Positions 24,509 to 38,825 of a DNA stretch of 64,000 nucleotides are shown one piece after another (the first letter of the stretch is position 1; every line of letters starts with the position of its first letter). The stretch is from Lingula anatina. Lineage: Eukaryota; Animalia; Brachiopoda. The translations under genes were made by a program, and so were the position numbers. The notes below the pieces were generated by a model. It was not told the DNA's origin and did not search any database. It saw only the letters and a program-made list of their open reading frames with translations. Where the stretch lies: assembly GCA_051362555.1 (NCBI GenBank), contig CM120645.1, positions 11,594,001-11,658,000 of the forward strand, read 5' to 3'.

Positions 24509-27363
24509 TCCTGATACCCGTATAGAAATTTCGTTGAGCTTGTGTCAGTCATATATTATCTGCAAAGTGAATGATTAAAGAAATACAGTCGACTTTATAC
24601 TAGGCTATGAAAAGCGAATTATTGTTCAATTAGGGCACCTGTATATCATTTCTATATATATATCTATATATTCATAGCTTTTCTGATATGCCATCAGTTT
24701 ACATAATACATGTAGTTTCCGAGTAAAGCTCAACAAAAAGTTCGTTCGATGAAAATGTATGCTTGTGTGTTGCACACGGTCATTATTATTATTATTATTT
24801 TGAGCGTTCTAAAAAAAAACATTTCTTCTGATGATTTCAACAAAATATGAAGGTTGAACTTATATTTAAAGATATACATTATTCAAATAAATTTCTATTT
24901 TTCCAAAGTCTGTCTCTGTAAGTATACTGTCTTAGAGAGCGATCAGTCAGCCCAGCATGGCGTGTAAGATACCAGTTAAATGAATTAACCTGGGACGTGC
25001 CTCCTAAGGGGAATTAAAGAAATGTGAATACTGCTCCAAATGTAGAAAGACAACATGCCAACTCTGGTCTTTGAAACGACGTTTGTGGACAATAGGCTAA
25101 AGTACACGAACTCATATATTGGGAGCAAGCATGTTCCAACAGCGTGGGCGGAATCGGAATCGACACCGGCATAGATTCACATTAATTCAATAACCAACGG
25201 AACTGTTTCTCGTCTCTTGGGCTGTATGGTGACATTTGATATGTTGAGTCTAATCAAAATGAGTTGCTTATGAGGAGCAAGAATAACAATGTAAATATTC
25301 ATTTATTCAACAACAGCAGGTTTGACTGCAAGCAATGGCTGCTAATTGACGTGGCGACATTTGGGATACCATGGTTCATGACTTATTCAAATATGGGTCA
25401 CAATTAGTGACATGTGGATCAGAAGAGTGGTATATATTGTGCACAGCTCATATATTGTCTCGTGTTTATTTTTCGGTATTAGTCTGCTGACTTTATATAC
25501 AGGTAGATTACATTAAAAGTTTATAAGGTAGATTTCCACATTTCGTGACCTAAAGGTTTTAATGTTGTTAACGGTAGCCTACTTTGTTAAAAAACCATCT
25601 TAAGACCATCGCCATTTCGAGCCGCCGTGCGATTTCTTGCATTTACAAAGGGTTTCAGACGGAAGAGAATGGAGTTTTTCTGCATTATTATCGTATTTTG
25701 ACGCATCAAGGAATTGATGATATCCGGGTTAAATAGTCTACTATAACGCAGGTACAGTCAAAAGCGTACACAAGGCCTTTTTTCAAATAGAATGTGTACA
25801 ATTACAGCGTAGCAGCATGCGCGCATAATGCTTCTTGAACATTTCACAGAATGCGCTGCACACATCCCGTATTGCTTTTCCACTAGCCAAAATAATCCAA
25901 TACAACAGTAAATTGCTACGTTGTTTTATCCCCTGGTGTTTCTGTTTTGTTCTCAGAGCTGAAGTCGGTGCAATTTACCATTAATATTGAGGCGTAAATC
26001 AGTGCTTGTGTATTTCCGCGTCTCCAGGTAATACACACATTGGTCTATTAAGAAAATCCCTGTCTTAAACCTCATATAGCAGGTTCACCGAGCGTTCTTA
26101 ATGTCACACGTGAGGGCAACTTCCTAAGATTATTAATTCATCCCGTTGACGCAACAGCGGTTAGAGTACTATATAGTGGCGTTAAAATGGACGACGTTGG
26201 CTCTGCGAAGACGACAGCGTGTGACGTACTTATTGTTGTCTTGGGACAAAACAATCCCGACTGTGATTGGTGGTAGGCCAAGACGGTAACGCAGTTAGAC
26301 CCCTTACACATTAATGAAATATTCAACGGAACTAATATTTCTATACAGTATCGATTTAAACTGGGGGCTTTCGTATGACAGGAGCTGTTGCAGCTATATT
26401 AACACGGCGGATTGATCCAGCTGCTTGAGCACGCAGAGTGCGCCGTGCATAAGCCTGTTTGTTTCTGAACACGGTGGTTGATCAAGAAAGAGCGCTTGCC
26501 AATGAAAACAAAGGTACTGCCGCGGCAACTCTTGCAGAGATATCTAGGGCCTCCGCGACACACATTAACGGCAAGATCGCAGCAGCGGTGATACGAGGTA
26601 AGTTCTGTAGCTGCGAACGCTGTCTCTATTCTTATTAATGAAATCTCACGACTAGTGGGATGCGATTGACTCTGGCGTTCCGGAGTAGCCTAGGTAGGAA
26701 GAAATCTTAATTTAACATGGTAAGTGCGAGTCGCTTATTTAAGCTTGATAAATATGATTTGAAAGTGATTAGTAAGAGCGAGGTGTACAAGTCAGGACAT
26801 TTTGACGGCGTTATGTTCCCAAAGTACCGAGGATCCATTACTGATGTGCAAGGCGATCTACACTGATTGTTTGTAGCCTGTCAGTTTTATCGGATTTATC
26901 TGCAGAGCAATAGCGACAGGAATAAAAACCCCTTTGTTTCTAAATCACCACATGCGACAAACCACTTACCTATGTCCATTTTTACGTATTTGCTAGGAAA
27001 CAGACCTAACTGGGGGTGAAATTAGTGATGTTTACAGGCGTCTTGTCTCACAGGACGACGGTTGGACTTAGTTTATGGAAAGATAGTGCGTTACGTGTAG
27101 CGATCGCAGTTGTATACACGACTTTCTTTTGAAGTCAGTAACGCTTTTAGCCCAGGGCAAATGGACACTTGGGAGTGAAACAAGTCAAATTTCCGATGAT
27201 ATTCTCAAAGGGCAAGAATAAGAATCGACGTGAGAGGAGGTCAAAATGTCTGATAATTCTACAGTTTTCTTACAAGCTGCCTCACCTGTCAGCACGCCTA
27301 GCGTATTAATAAATAGAACCTGTGTAACGCCATTAACTATTGAAAGGAAACAGGGACCTAGAG

Positions 27364-27365
<2 letters not shown>

Positions 27366-27418
<53 letters not shown>
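27366..27418. repeat. (TC)n microsatellite
   Basis: Read directly from the sequence. Confidence 0.97.
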
Positions 27419-27422
<4 letters not shown>

Positions 27423-28206
27423 AAACATACAATTTCACAAATTCAGCCAAATAGGTGTCGACGTACTATCTTGTGGTATGATGTTATGATGTACACCCGA
27501 ACTGACATCGCCACAATAGTACCCGCATCTAATTGGCAATCGCATCGCAATAGCGCGTTTTAACACAGAACATTTCTTAATGCAATTAACACGTATGAGC
27601 CTGTGTAATCCTCAATCTAATAGAAACATCATCTTTACTCCCGCATACACTGCAAATACGCCTGAGTGTACAGAACTCACAATAATGCAGTGTGAGGCAA
27701 TGTCTGCTTTGCACAGATTTGCACCATACAAATGACGCCTTGGTGTACATACAAGTTTGTTTTTCTTCTTGTTCAAATTAATCTTGCGCACGTGACGGGT
27801 TTAATATACCTTTCTATTTAAGAAATTAAGAATTTTGACGTACTCCGTGTTGTTTGGGTTGATTCTGTGTCATTTTAGACATTTTGTGCTGAATGTTATT
27901 CCGACGTTATCATATTCATTTTTGGGTTATAAAATGGATCAGTTTTCTGTAAGTCAAAATCACTGTACTTTCGTGTACTTTTACTGTATTGAATAATACG
28001 CATAATACCATCTTGGTTTGTGCGTCTTGATAGCACAATATTTACTCTATGGTCTCCAAGCTTCTCTCGGTTACAAATGAATTGTGTCTCCACTGAAATG
28101 TCAACAAGACATATCGGTAATATGAGAAGACATGACATCAATTTATCACTACGAAATTGATTGCTCAATTTAAATTTATAAAGATATGCACACAAGCCGA
28201 ACTTAA

Positions 28207-28835
28207 AGCAATAATAACTCTTCCTTTGAGATTCAAAAATCCGCATGAAATACATTGTAAAAAACGCATGGAAATATATTCTATTGTATTTTACCACTAA
28301 AACGGCCGTTATTGTAGGAAAACTAAAATCTGTGCTTGTCAATAGGGCTTACGATGCCTTTTTTCCGGTCGACAAGTGCATTCGTTGCTAATGACGTAAT
28401 GGTGTCACGCGGATTCTCGCGTTCATTCGAGACCAAAATAACATGGCGCCAAACGCATTAGTGCAGACGCAGACGTAAGTTGCGAGTTTTTGTACAGTGC
28501 GTCGGATAACGAAAAGCCCAGAATGGCACACATTGTGGATATAAATGCATTTTTAACAAAAAGACGAATATATCTCATGAATCTTATATAGTGTTGTTGT
28601 TGTCTGCTTTTCCCGCGGTTTTAAGTAGGTCACCAGTGACTTTGCAATGTCAGAGAGAGCTCCGTCAGTTAAAATCTCTTAAGAGATTTTAACAAAAAAC
28701 CGTACGTTTAGGAAAAAAAACCTGGATTAACTTTGAATGCAGGAATGGGGTCGTTGGCCATTGGTAAGTACGGGAAAATTGCCGTTTTTTCCAGGAAAAT
28801 CCAATTTTTGGCCAAAACGAAGAGTTATTATGACT
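28207..28835. mobile_element. Non-autonomous DNA transposon (MITE) with TTAA target duplication, Kolobok-like
   Basis: TTAA|AGCAATAATAACTCTTC at the left and GAAGAGTTATTATGACT|TTAA at the right form an imperfect TIR. AG...CT termini with a TTAA TSD fit Kolobok (RR..YY) better than piggyBac (CC..GG). No coding capacity. Confidence 0.75.
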
Positions 28836-31564
28836 TTAAGGATGCCCTCTGGCAAGCACGATGAACTACGCCTATTTTAACCGTGAGTGTCAGTGCTATT
28901 GCGCACTGATATGCATAGATTTCTGAAACTAAACGATCCATGACGACGCAACAAAATTTACATCTGAATAAGCATGCAAAAGACTTAGACTAAAGGTCAC
29001 CGTGAACAGTTTAAGTGGCAAGTGCCTGGACTTGGTCCAAAGGAATGATTAGACGTGGGATTGATGGCATTAATCGATATCTAACATGTCCTTGGGGAGG
29101 CTGTCGAGTTGTCCGGCTGTGTGGACGATAGAAACACATCCGGGTGACGAGAGAATAATGTGACGTCACGCTAGAAAGGGGAAGGATGACGTTCTTTGGA
29201 ATGTTTTTTTATGTGTATCATAGTAGATTGGTTCCCACATCACCCAACATTATCCCCCCCCCCCCCGTAAAAAAAGGATATTTTTTTTTGGGGGGGGGGG
29301 GCGGTCTGATCGGTTGGGTTGTTATTGAAATAAAATACACTTATATTAGAAGTATAATCTGTCATAAGTCTTTACCGATATTTTATGCTCCTGTCATTTG
29401 TCTTTCCATGTCAGTAAGCAGGCATTGTTTCACTGGTATCAGGAACTCCCTGCATATAACCGTGTATAATAACAGGTCTTCTCAGTGAACTAATGCTTTT
29501 TTATTTCTCGATTACTATACAGTGTAATTACTCCCCCTTTTTGTCAAGAGCTACTCGATCAAACCATACAATATAGAACTTCTAACTTACATAACTATGT
29601 TATCCTTAGATGTGAATTTGATGCTTTTAAGCAATGTAAACCAGAAAATATTGTACGTAAATATGAACTTTTTACTAATCAATATTTGCATATCCTTATA
29701 GGGTACAATTAGTCATCGCTGTAGCGTGCGTGCCTCAGATAAAAGTTAATTGCCAATACCTTCTCTTTCCACCTGAACAACGGTTCCACGTGTATTGTAC
29801 TGTAATTGCACAATTGATTGTTTGTGCAATTTTATATTACGAAACATAAATCAATCCGTTCATTTCTCAATGAATGTTATTATTGAAATTATGATTATGG
29901 CAGAATATTATTGCTTGAATTTGACGGAAGCTCCATATTAGACTGACAATTGGCAGGCTAAATGTTCGTCTTGGTACCAAAATTAAAATGGATCGCCTTC
30001 CTCAATCGGATCTCTATTTCCGATTCGATTTGCAGTTGACATTTATGGACGTGCAGGACTGTAAAGCTGAAAAGAGATTAAATGGGGGCCGGAATTTGGT
30101 TATGATAAACAAAATATGAAAATATAATCTGTCTGGAACAGCGCTGGTTTAGCTTCTCCAGCATGTTTGAAGGGGCTGCCCCAGAAATAATATGGCGAAA
30201 TTGTGTATTCATAGGTTCGTTCGGTCAAGTCTCCTAGATGTTTTTACAAAGAATAGGACAACGAACAAAACAAACAAACAAACAAATAAACAAAATTGCT
30301 TGGAGTGCTTTTTGTTTTGCAGTGTAACTGTTTGATGCATTGCTCTTGAAAGGTAACAAAAGCTGCATGAATAAACAACGGCATACTGTCGCATGGAATA
30401 TTTCATGAAAGTTGAATGTTCCCAACATTGCCAAAGCAACAAATAACAAGCAAAAACAAAAGGTACAACGCTTTTGCATCCGCCATACAAGCCATAAATC
30501 ATAAGAGACAAACATTTCCTCTCATTTCACGTTTCTGTCTCACACAAGGATCGAAGTTATTGCTTACTACACCGTATTCTGTAACGAGATAGAAACTGGT
30601 GCAGACGTGCATTCAAGGACGCAGACATATTGCGTCATAAGAAAATATTTCATTAAGAGACAAGTCTGATTAATTTTACTGCCATGCAATTGGTTTATGG
30701 TTTTGCCACCTGCTTCTGGGCCAGAAGCTCCCATAAACCAGGTGGCATGGGTGTTCCTTCAACTTATCTGGTGTCACGTTCTGAAATAACGTAATACATT
30801 ATTTGATCATTGGGAAACGACTGATCAATGAAACGTCTGAGACAACTGACAGAAATCTGGACCACCCCAGGCTGTACATGGTTTTATAACGCCAGTTTAA
30901 GTTTTGGGAAATTCGTCTAAAATGGTGACGCACCGCTGTTTAGCCAAAACAGTAAATCTTTTGCCCTTTTCTGGAACGGGGTCTGTAAGCTGATGTCACT
31001 GATGATTACCAGCACCTGTAAGAACCTTTATATTGACCTTGCTGCGTCAAGGAAGAGACTTGATGAGGACAGCCATATTTGCCCATTCTTGGCAAATATT
31101 TGCTGTCAAACAGGGCTTTTTGTTGACACTGCTGCGGGAAGTCGTTGTTTGTGGTTATCATGAGGACTCGCTATGTTAATTTATAGAATGTGTTCTTCTT
31201 GAGTCGCAACCAGATCACGGAGTGACTGTCATTACTACATATAAATCTAAAATATCGTGTTTCTTTTTTGTAACCAGACCTTTAAATCGTGGCGTGCATT
31301 TAGTCATTTGTGCGTTTCTTTCCACAATTATCACGATTTTCCTGATTTGAGTTTTCAAAACTGTTTTGCTTAATAACACTTAAAAGTCTAACAATATATA
31401 TTGCCATTTGTCTGGTTAATTGACCACTTAAGATATTAGTTAGACAGAGTCCACATAGGTGTCCATGTGTGCATGCATTTTGAAAAAAAAGTGTCATGCA
31501 CGTGAGAGTCCCCTGTGATACAAGACACGGTTTCGTCACGCTAACCCTAACACATATGAACCTA

Positions 31565-31566
<2 letters not shown>

Positions 31567-31595
<29 letters not shown>
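31567..31595. repeat. Poly-G tract
   Basis: About 29 consecutive G. Shorter G/C runs occur at 3121, 5186, 13623, 29254, 29289, 46170, 57571 and 60278. Confidence 0.95.
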
Positions 31596-34430
31596 CTCTG
31601 TTACACGGAATCAAGTTTCTTAACATCGGTTTTACCTAAACGTTTTTTTCCTTCTTTCTTTCTTCTTCTTCTTGCTATTATTATTTTTTTTGGCATAAAA
31701 TAACAAGGAACGACGAAGCCTGTGGGTCAACTTCTCTATATCAGTGTTCTTGTATAGATTTTACATAAAAATCACGTGTATCGATCTTTAGTGCGTTAAC
31801 ATACCACGGGCTATTTGTCAGTTAATGATGAAGCCAAAGGCCAGGGGGTGCCTGTGTGTGGGCTAATGACATTAATATAGATCTACAAAAAATCATTATC
31901 AGAGCCGTCCATTTGATATGTGGAGTTAAAGGTGCCAGTTTTCAATTGCAAAGGTCATTTGGTTAAAAATCGTTCACTGAGGTTGCCGATTCTGCGCAGC
32001 TTGGGTTTTTCTGCACGCACTAAGAATTGGGGACTGTTGGAATATCACAAGAAATTGCCGAATTATGGTGTCACAAATTTGAATGAAACTCGATGCGCAG
32101 TCACTTTAAGTCGATTTGGCGATGTTTGCCTAATTGTGTTTTACAAACGATTGAACACAGTATAGACAGAAGACATACCCAAAATGGGTATTGTAACCAC
32201 TGCGAGCAAAATCGTAGTCGATAAAATCAAAACGTGCTTTTAGGGCTCAGTTAAAAGGGCAAAAATCTTGTTTTATAGCCTTTTAAAGGCGCTGTGAAAG
32301 GCAACTTAGTCGGCTACACTCTATACAATTATTTTTTTTAATCCAGTGTTCGATTCCTGTCGTATTTTTAGACAGGTCTTTAGAAAGTGAGGCTTATATG
32401 GGACTTGATTCTGCTAAAGTCTACAGAGAGCACACACAAACTTGTGAAATGCTCGACAAATCCCAATAATTAAAAAAGTGGAAATAATAAATAATAATAT
32501 AATAAATAATAATTGACTGGCATTATCGTAATTACATCATTACAAAAACAGCGAAGAAAGGTCATTTGTTTGCAGTGTTTAGCCATACAATTCTTTAATA
32601 TTTGTTGATGATAAAAACTAATATTCTGGCTAAGACTATGTTTTAATAGAAAGCCTGCTTACTGAGATTACAATAATCTGTGTCGGGTAATGCATGTACC
32701 AGTGAACATCTGTTTTCCCAAAAGAAGATTTACTTTTTTGTCAATGTCCAGAGTGAGACATCATAAATATCCCATTACAGTCAAAAATAGCCCAAACAAA
32801 AGTCCTCAATACCTTCAGATATACAGGGTCTACTAAAATAACATTACCCAAATGATTTTATTGAAGCGGTTAGGTATTGATCAGGGGAGGGAGGTCAATC
32901 AGTTTACCGTGATTTCTAATTAGTGATTGACATTAACTGCACGAAAGGGCGATCAGATTCTTTTTCATATTAGAATCCGCAACCAAACCCCAGTGGTACT
33001 TGGGAATCGCCAACGGCAATAGGTTTAAGACAGCGAGTCTTTTAAATATCCACTGGATATATAGAAACACACATTAAAAAAATTAAAGGATTAATGCAAC
33101 CCCTATTGTAAGGGGACCTTTTGAAGCAATTTTTTAAAAAGCAAAATGCCATAACCCGATTCCGTTTTGATTCTGTCGCTCTGCAATGTGGCTATCTTGA
33201 TATAAGTTGCAATGGTCCTTAAGTCGACCAAACAAAAAACCGTACCAATGTATATTCAACAAGTATTGACGTATTAAGCTTTGTATAAAAAACAAAACCC
33301 TTAGATTCCAGGTAATTGAGCGTGATCTTGGCGTATTTTCCGGTAAATCGCGCCAGTGGAGTGGTTATGCACGTTGGCAGGTGTCATAGTCTCTCACTTC
33401 AAACATGTTTGCCAATAGAGCTCTACGGAGAAATACAGCCATGCATCAGTGCCACTGTTAATGATCTTCTTGTTGGATGTGCGTTCATGCAGACGTGGGG
33501 ATGAGTGTTTTTGATAGCGATTGGCACATTCACAGGTACTGGTGTTAAAAAATGGAAAATAAAGTATTCGGTACTGGATGCTTGACTTTATTTAAACAGG
33601 TTCAAGGTGATTTGTTGAATTGCTTCCTTTTCTTTAGAACCATGTGTCCAGTTGCGTTTTTTTTTTTATTTATTAAAGGTTAGTCAAAATGCAGTTTTGA
33701 TATTTGATGGACTGATGAGGAATCTTTCCCTAATTTTAGTTCATTATTTATCCCATTTAAGTTCCCGTTGCCAACTAGTGATGTAAACAAAGTTTACATT
33801 AACGTGCTTTTTCCTTTATAGCTTCAACAAGGCGGTAGTATTTTTCAAAAAAAAAAAAAATGCATACCCCTGAAGAACACATACCCTGACACCAATGTTA
33901 GAGAGAGTACCCATTATTCCACCTGTCATTTATGGCTAAATATATACATAGTTAACTGGTAAACAAGCCGATCAAGCTTTCTTTCTGTTGCTGCAGCCGC
34001 TCAATACTAAACGTTAGCTGTGGGCATATCGTGATATTTGCTCTTCAGGAAATCAAATGTGAGTTCGACATTTCGTTTGCTGTGTGTGGACTGTAAATGA
34101 AGAATTATTGGGATTGTATGATGGCTGTCATTTGACAAATGTCCCTAATGAATGATGCAAAAAAAAAAAAAAAAAAAGAAGAGGAACTAGTTTTATGGGA
34201 CTTTCTGGGTCTGCTCATAATGACTGTTACTTCATTTCGTTTTAGCAGGACGGCTCAGAATTTATCACCTGTGATATATCTTTGTTTCATTTTAACCTTG
34301 CATTTTAGTTATTTTGTTTTGAATTTGCTTATACATATGTCTTTTAATATTCCTTTATTCTTATTCACTAGTGGTTTTATTCAACCATGATGCAATGATT
34401 GTAATTATCCATCCCTCGGGTTGCAAATGA

Positions 34431-34432
<2 letters not shown>

Positions 34433-34485
<53 letters not shown>
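34433..34485. repeat. (TAA)n microsatellite
   Basis: Read directly from the sequence. Confidence 0.97.
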
Positions 34486-37400
34486 TCCTATGGTGAAAAC
34501 AGGTTCCGGACACATGAAATAAAATTTTGATGCTGCTGTCCCTGCCGGAAACACGTGCAGACCACGTGGATATCGCGAGATAACGTTGTATGTTTACTAC
34601 GAACATTCAACTCCCTGCTATCCTTATTAGCAGTTCTTGCAATTGGTCCTTACCACCAAACTGAATTTTTGCATCATGCAGCGCCATTTTAATGTAATAA
34701 AATTGTATTCTCCTAGGATGTGGTTGGATTCAAATAACTGTATATGCAACTTGCCGCAGTTGTCATTGTGTAAAAGGCCGAAACTTCATTTGGATCATAC
34801 TGACCTTGGTTGATTGATGCCCCATTTGTTTCAATTTGATTTAGAAAAACAGCCCTCAAATTCCCATATTCAATAACATACAAAATAAAGTGACCTCCGG
34901 CGCAGAAAAATAGAATTGTCTTCAACCTTATATTAATCAATAATTTATTTATGCTGTCACTGAAAAATACCACCCGCGGCATTCTTTTTAATAAACAATA
35001 AAATATCACACCGAGGACTGGGCTGAACAGAGATGGTTTGATGTGTCCTTCGTCCTGTTATGGTGTGTTCTGTTGACAGGAGGGGGTAGATATAAAGAAG
35101 GACGCTTTTAGTGAAGGAAAGGTGGGTTGTGTATGTTCTAACGGCCGTCGGGTCTAGCTACAGCGTGTAACTCGATTGGTGTGGAGGAGGGGGGATTTCC
35201 AAGAGTGAAAACTTGGATTTTTCAGTGATCTGTACGATGATACAGGGTGTCAAAAAAGTACGTGCAATAGAGCGTGACGACTTTTCTCAACACCCACTAC
35301 ACCACGATTTGCACAGCTGTGCTACCGAGCCACCCTTGAAAAAAGTCAATAGAACTACCTCGGCATCAGAGCTACACAAACTTTATTAAATTGCCTTTTT
35401 CAAAATTGGATTAGCTGGCTAAGTAAAATCAATATGTTTCTATTCTTAGACACAGTACCTCGAGAAAGGCGGCACAGGGGTTGTTGTGGCCTTCGGAGCA
35501 TAAACCATGAACCCCCCTGATATCCATGGGGCTTCGTTCTGGTGTTAATTACCTTAGCGTGTTCTTAGGCCTAAACCCCGCTGGTGATTCTGTGCATCAA
35601 GAATTTATCGCTCTAAGACTGGGCTAAATTATGTCATTAATTTGGCATTATTATAACACGACGCTATATTTGGGTGTTTCAGACCAGAGTATTAATTTTT
35701 CTTCATTAAATCGAGTTATAACCAAAGGCGCGTAAGTCGTAACTGGTTGGCTACGTCTGTTTAGAACCATATTGGTATGGGGTACTGCTATAGACAATGT
35801 TTTCGTGATATTGTGGTTGTGTTCGTATTTCTGGCGTGCATCAACATAAGCCTACTTAATTATTATCTATTATCATCTTTTCATTAAACTTGCCATCCTG
35901 CGAGTGTCATTACAATATCAACAATCTGGAACTGGGGTTAATGACCGCGTTCACATTACGACCATTTAAAGACCGAAAATCAGCCCAACTTGCGTCAACA
36001 GACAAACGTATTAAAATGAAAATAACGTCTTTCGGGTTTTTAATGATCTTGTTTGAACGAATCAACCGACGAAAAGAGTCACCAGCTTCCTCTGTGCTCA
36101 CAGAATGACCGGATGTTAATACGTTTAAGATAGGCAGTGTATTATAAAGCAGAGTTAAGTGGCTTTGGGTGCGTTTGTCCACTTTCTTCAGTTGTTTTTG
36201 CCGTTTGTGCATCGGTTGCATCTTTCGTTGACTCTGGTTTGCTCTTTTTACATCTGTATACATGACTGCCAACACACAATGAGGAGGTATGTTTTGTATA
36301 AATTTACGAGCTCGTGGACAAGAGATTCGGGGTTTCCTCAGGTCCACTTTGAATCTTAGATGTACAGCTGTACAATATACCGGGTACTATAGTACATATA
36401 CATATACATATAGATATACATGTAGGTACTAGTTACTTCTATGCCATTTCCCTAGTTGGGTGAAAAAAGGGATAAAAGTTTGACATTTTGTGAAAAGAAC
36501 AAGCTTTGAAATTTCTGGTTGCAGCATTACATGGATAAGATACATGTAACATTTGAGGTTTAAGGGAAAGTACAAATGATATAGAATACTGATGCATAAA
36601 CTTTGCTTTGATTGTGGTTAGACCACACAATGCTGCAGAACATACCACACCTGTCGCACGTGAATTTCCGTTTCTTGTCTAATTTTTTTTTTTGTCATGT
36701 TTAGTTGGTTAGGTAATTTTAAGGTAGATGTATAGTTTAATGGTAGATATATGCGGTTTGTTGGATCCCTTCAGTATGTTATAAGGCTTGGGTATGAGGT
36801 AAAGGAATATTTATATACAAAAAAATTAAGAGGTTTAACTTTGTAAGTGTCGTATTCAGCTGAAAAGGGACCCTGTTACTTATTACCAGTAAAATTTAAT
36901 AAAGATTCTTTGTCATTTCTCCTAAGAGGATAAAAAGGTCCACTTTTTTCTGAAAAAGAGCTCCAATTTGAATTCCCTGGCCACATGCCTGTTACGTCAT
37001 GCTCACACACATACGTTAATTCTCCCAGTTTTTATTACTTGTAGGCAATAAAGCAATCGATAGATATATATTTTGATAGCCTAGATTTTGCTGTCATCGT
37101 TATGTCAGATAACTGTTAGGTTATGTGTTGAGCCCTTAAACCTCTGTGCTGATAAGGGAAGCAGTTGTCCTCGGTTGACATGAGGACAAACTGCCGTGTC
37201 CTGAACGCGTCTAGGCAATTTCAATAAATGTAATTAGTCTAAGGATAGCATCTTTAAGGGTTCTTTTTAGCCAAGAATGCCATTACTGAAGCATGCAGTC
37301 TAAGGATTTCATTTGGGTCGCTTAATTCTCGGTGGGGATGACAGTTCCTTTATTCTCACATTGACAATGTTGAGGCTGGACTGGGAAAAGATGGAGTGAT

Positions 37401-38594
37401 TATATCTTTAACATTATTTGTAGATAAGTCTTCGTGTTTGGTCTTGACGGACGCAATTCCTTAACAAGCAGTGGAAACGTGCATCGGCATTTCTGTCGGT
37501 GCCCCAGGGAAATAAAAACGCTGGATCAGCGCTTAACGCTTCTGTTCAGTGATGCCTTAGGGAAGGGAAACAATCAAGAACTAGAACAGGCAAATTCGTT
37601 CTTCAGGCAGACCAGCAGATAAGAATTCCAACGAGCTCAAGCCAGCGGCGATTTGAATTCTCTACAACTATACTGCTTTGTACAACACTAGTTTGCATGT
37701 TTTTTTGCTTTTGAGGGCGACGCAGTTTATTGGGTCCCGATTCCTTCAAGGTATTTCTAAAGGTTGGTCTTAATTTTCATACGTCATGCTGTCGTATTTA
37801 TATGAAAATAGAAATTTTATCATCTAGCCAATTCATAGTGTCCAAGGACACCTGTTGGTTGTCTCGAAATTATTAATGGACACAATCTACACTGGGATTT
37901 GTAAATTAACGCACAATGTTAAACGGAACATGAAGGTTCTCTTTGTTTAATTCTACCTTCACCTTTCATTTACAATTTTCTTTTGTATGTTTTCATCTTT
38001 ATCGATAGATCTATCTGGTTCTGTAAACTTTTGTAGCCATTTGACCTCACGTAGTATGTATACATAATGCAACACATAAAAGTGCAATTATGCTTGAGAT
38101 TTGTCGTGGCAAGTTAAAGGTAAGTGACTCACACAGTTAAACCAAAGCTTAACAATGTGTGAACCAGCATTCAGAAAGAAACATACAGGTGGTAGGCGTC
38201 CTTTTTAAAATATTTAGTTTGAAGGTCGTGACAGATTGTTTCGTGTGTTTATATTTTATCATTTGCACATTTTCTGATATTTACGTACGTGCGGTTTCAA
38301 GAGGTATCTGAGGTACTAATGGCGGAGAATATGGTGCGATGATATCTGTGCAATTGCGAAAGGAGACAGGTATGTTCAACAAATACAAACGAAGGTTTCA
38401 AAGCTCGGTAAGATGCTGTAAATACAATTATACGGACAGAATATGAACATCTACCTGACGAGTCACTGCTTATGCTGCTTCTGTTGACATTGTCTTTTAC
38501 CATGTTGTATTTTATTCATTTGCCCTGCTGTGATTTTGAAAAGATGCCGACTGGATAGTTCATAAATTATGGACCTACACTGTAGGTACATGTA

Positions 38595-38825
38595 CACACA
38601 ATGGACAAAAGAAGTGTCACCCTCTGAATCAGAGTAATCAAATAATAATCAAGTAATCAATAATAAAAGTAGGCAGATCTTGAGTAGTTATAATGCCTGG
38701 TCTACATTTTTTTTTGTGAAATTTGATGTTAATAAAATGATACCAGGAGCATATCATTCCACAGTCATTTATGTCCCCCAAAGTACTGGTTCAGTAGGGA
38801 TGACACTTCTATTGTCCATTGTGTG
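38595..38825. mobile_element. 231-bp MITE with TA target duplication (Tc1/mariner-derived)
   Basis: Left end: TA|CACACAATGGACAAAAGAAGTGTCACCCTCTGAATCAG. Right end, reverse complement: TA|CACACAATGGACAATAGAAGTGTCATCCCTACTGAACCAG. About 40-bp imperfect TIRs, CA..TG termini, TA on both sides. Confidence 0.88.

Noticed and set aside
37161-37194. Short hairpins here and at about 10384 and 29805
   Set aside because: Stems of 9-12 bp are too short for miRNA precursors and are common in AT-rich DNA.
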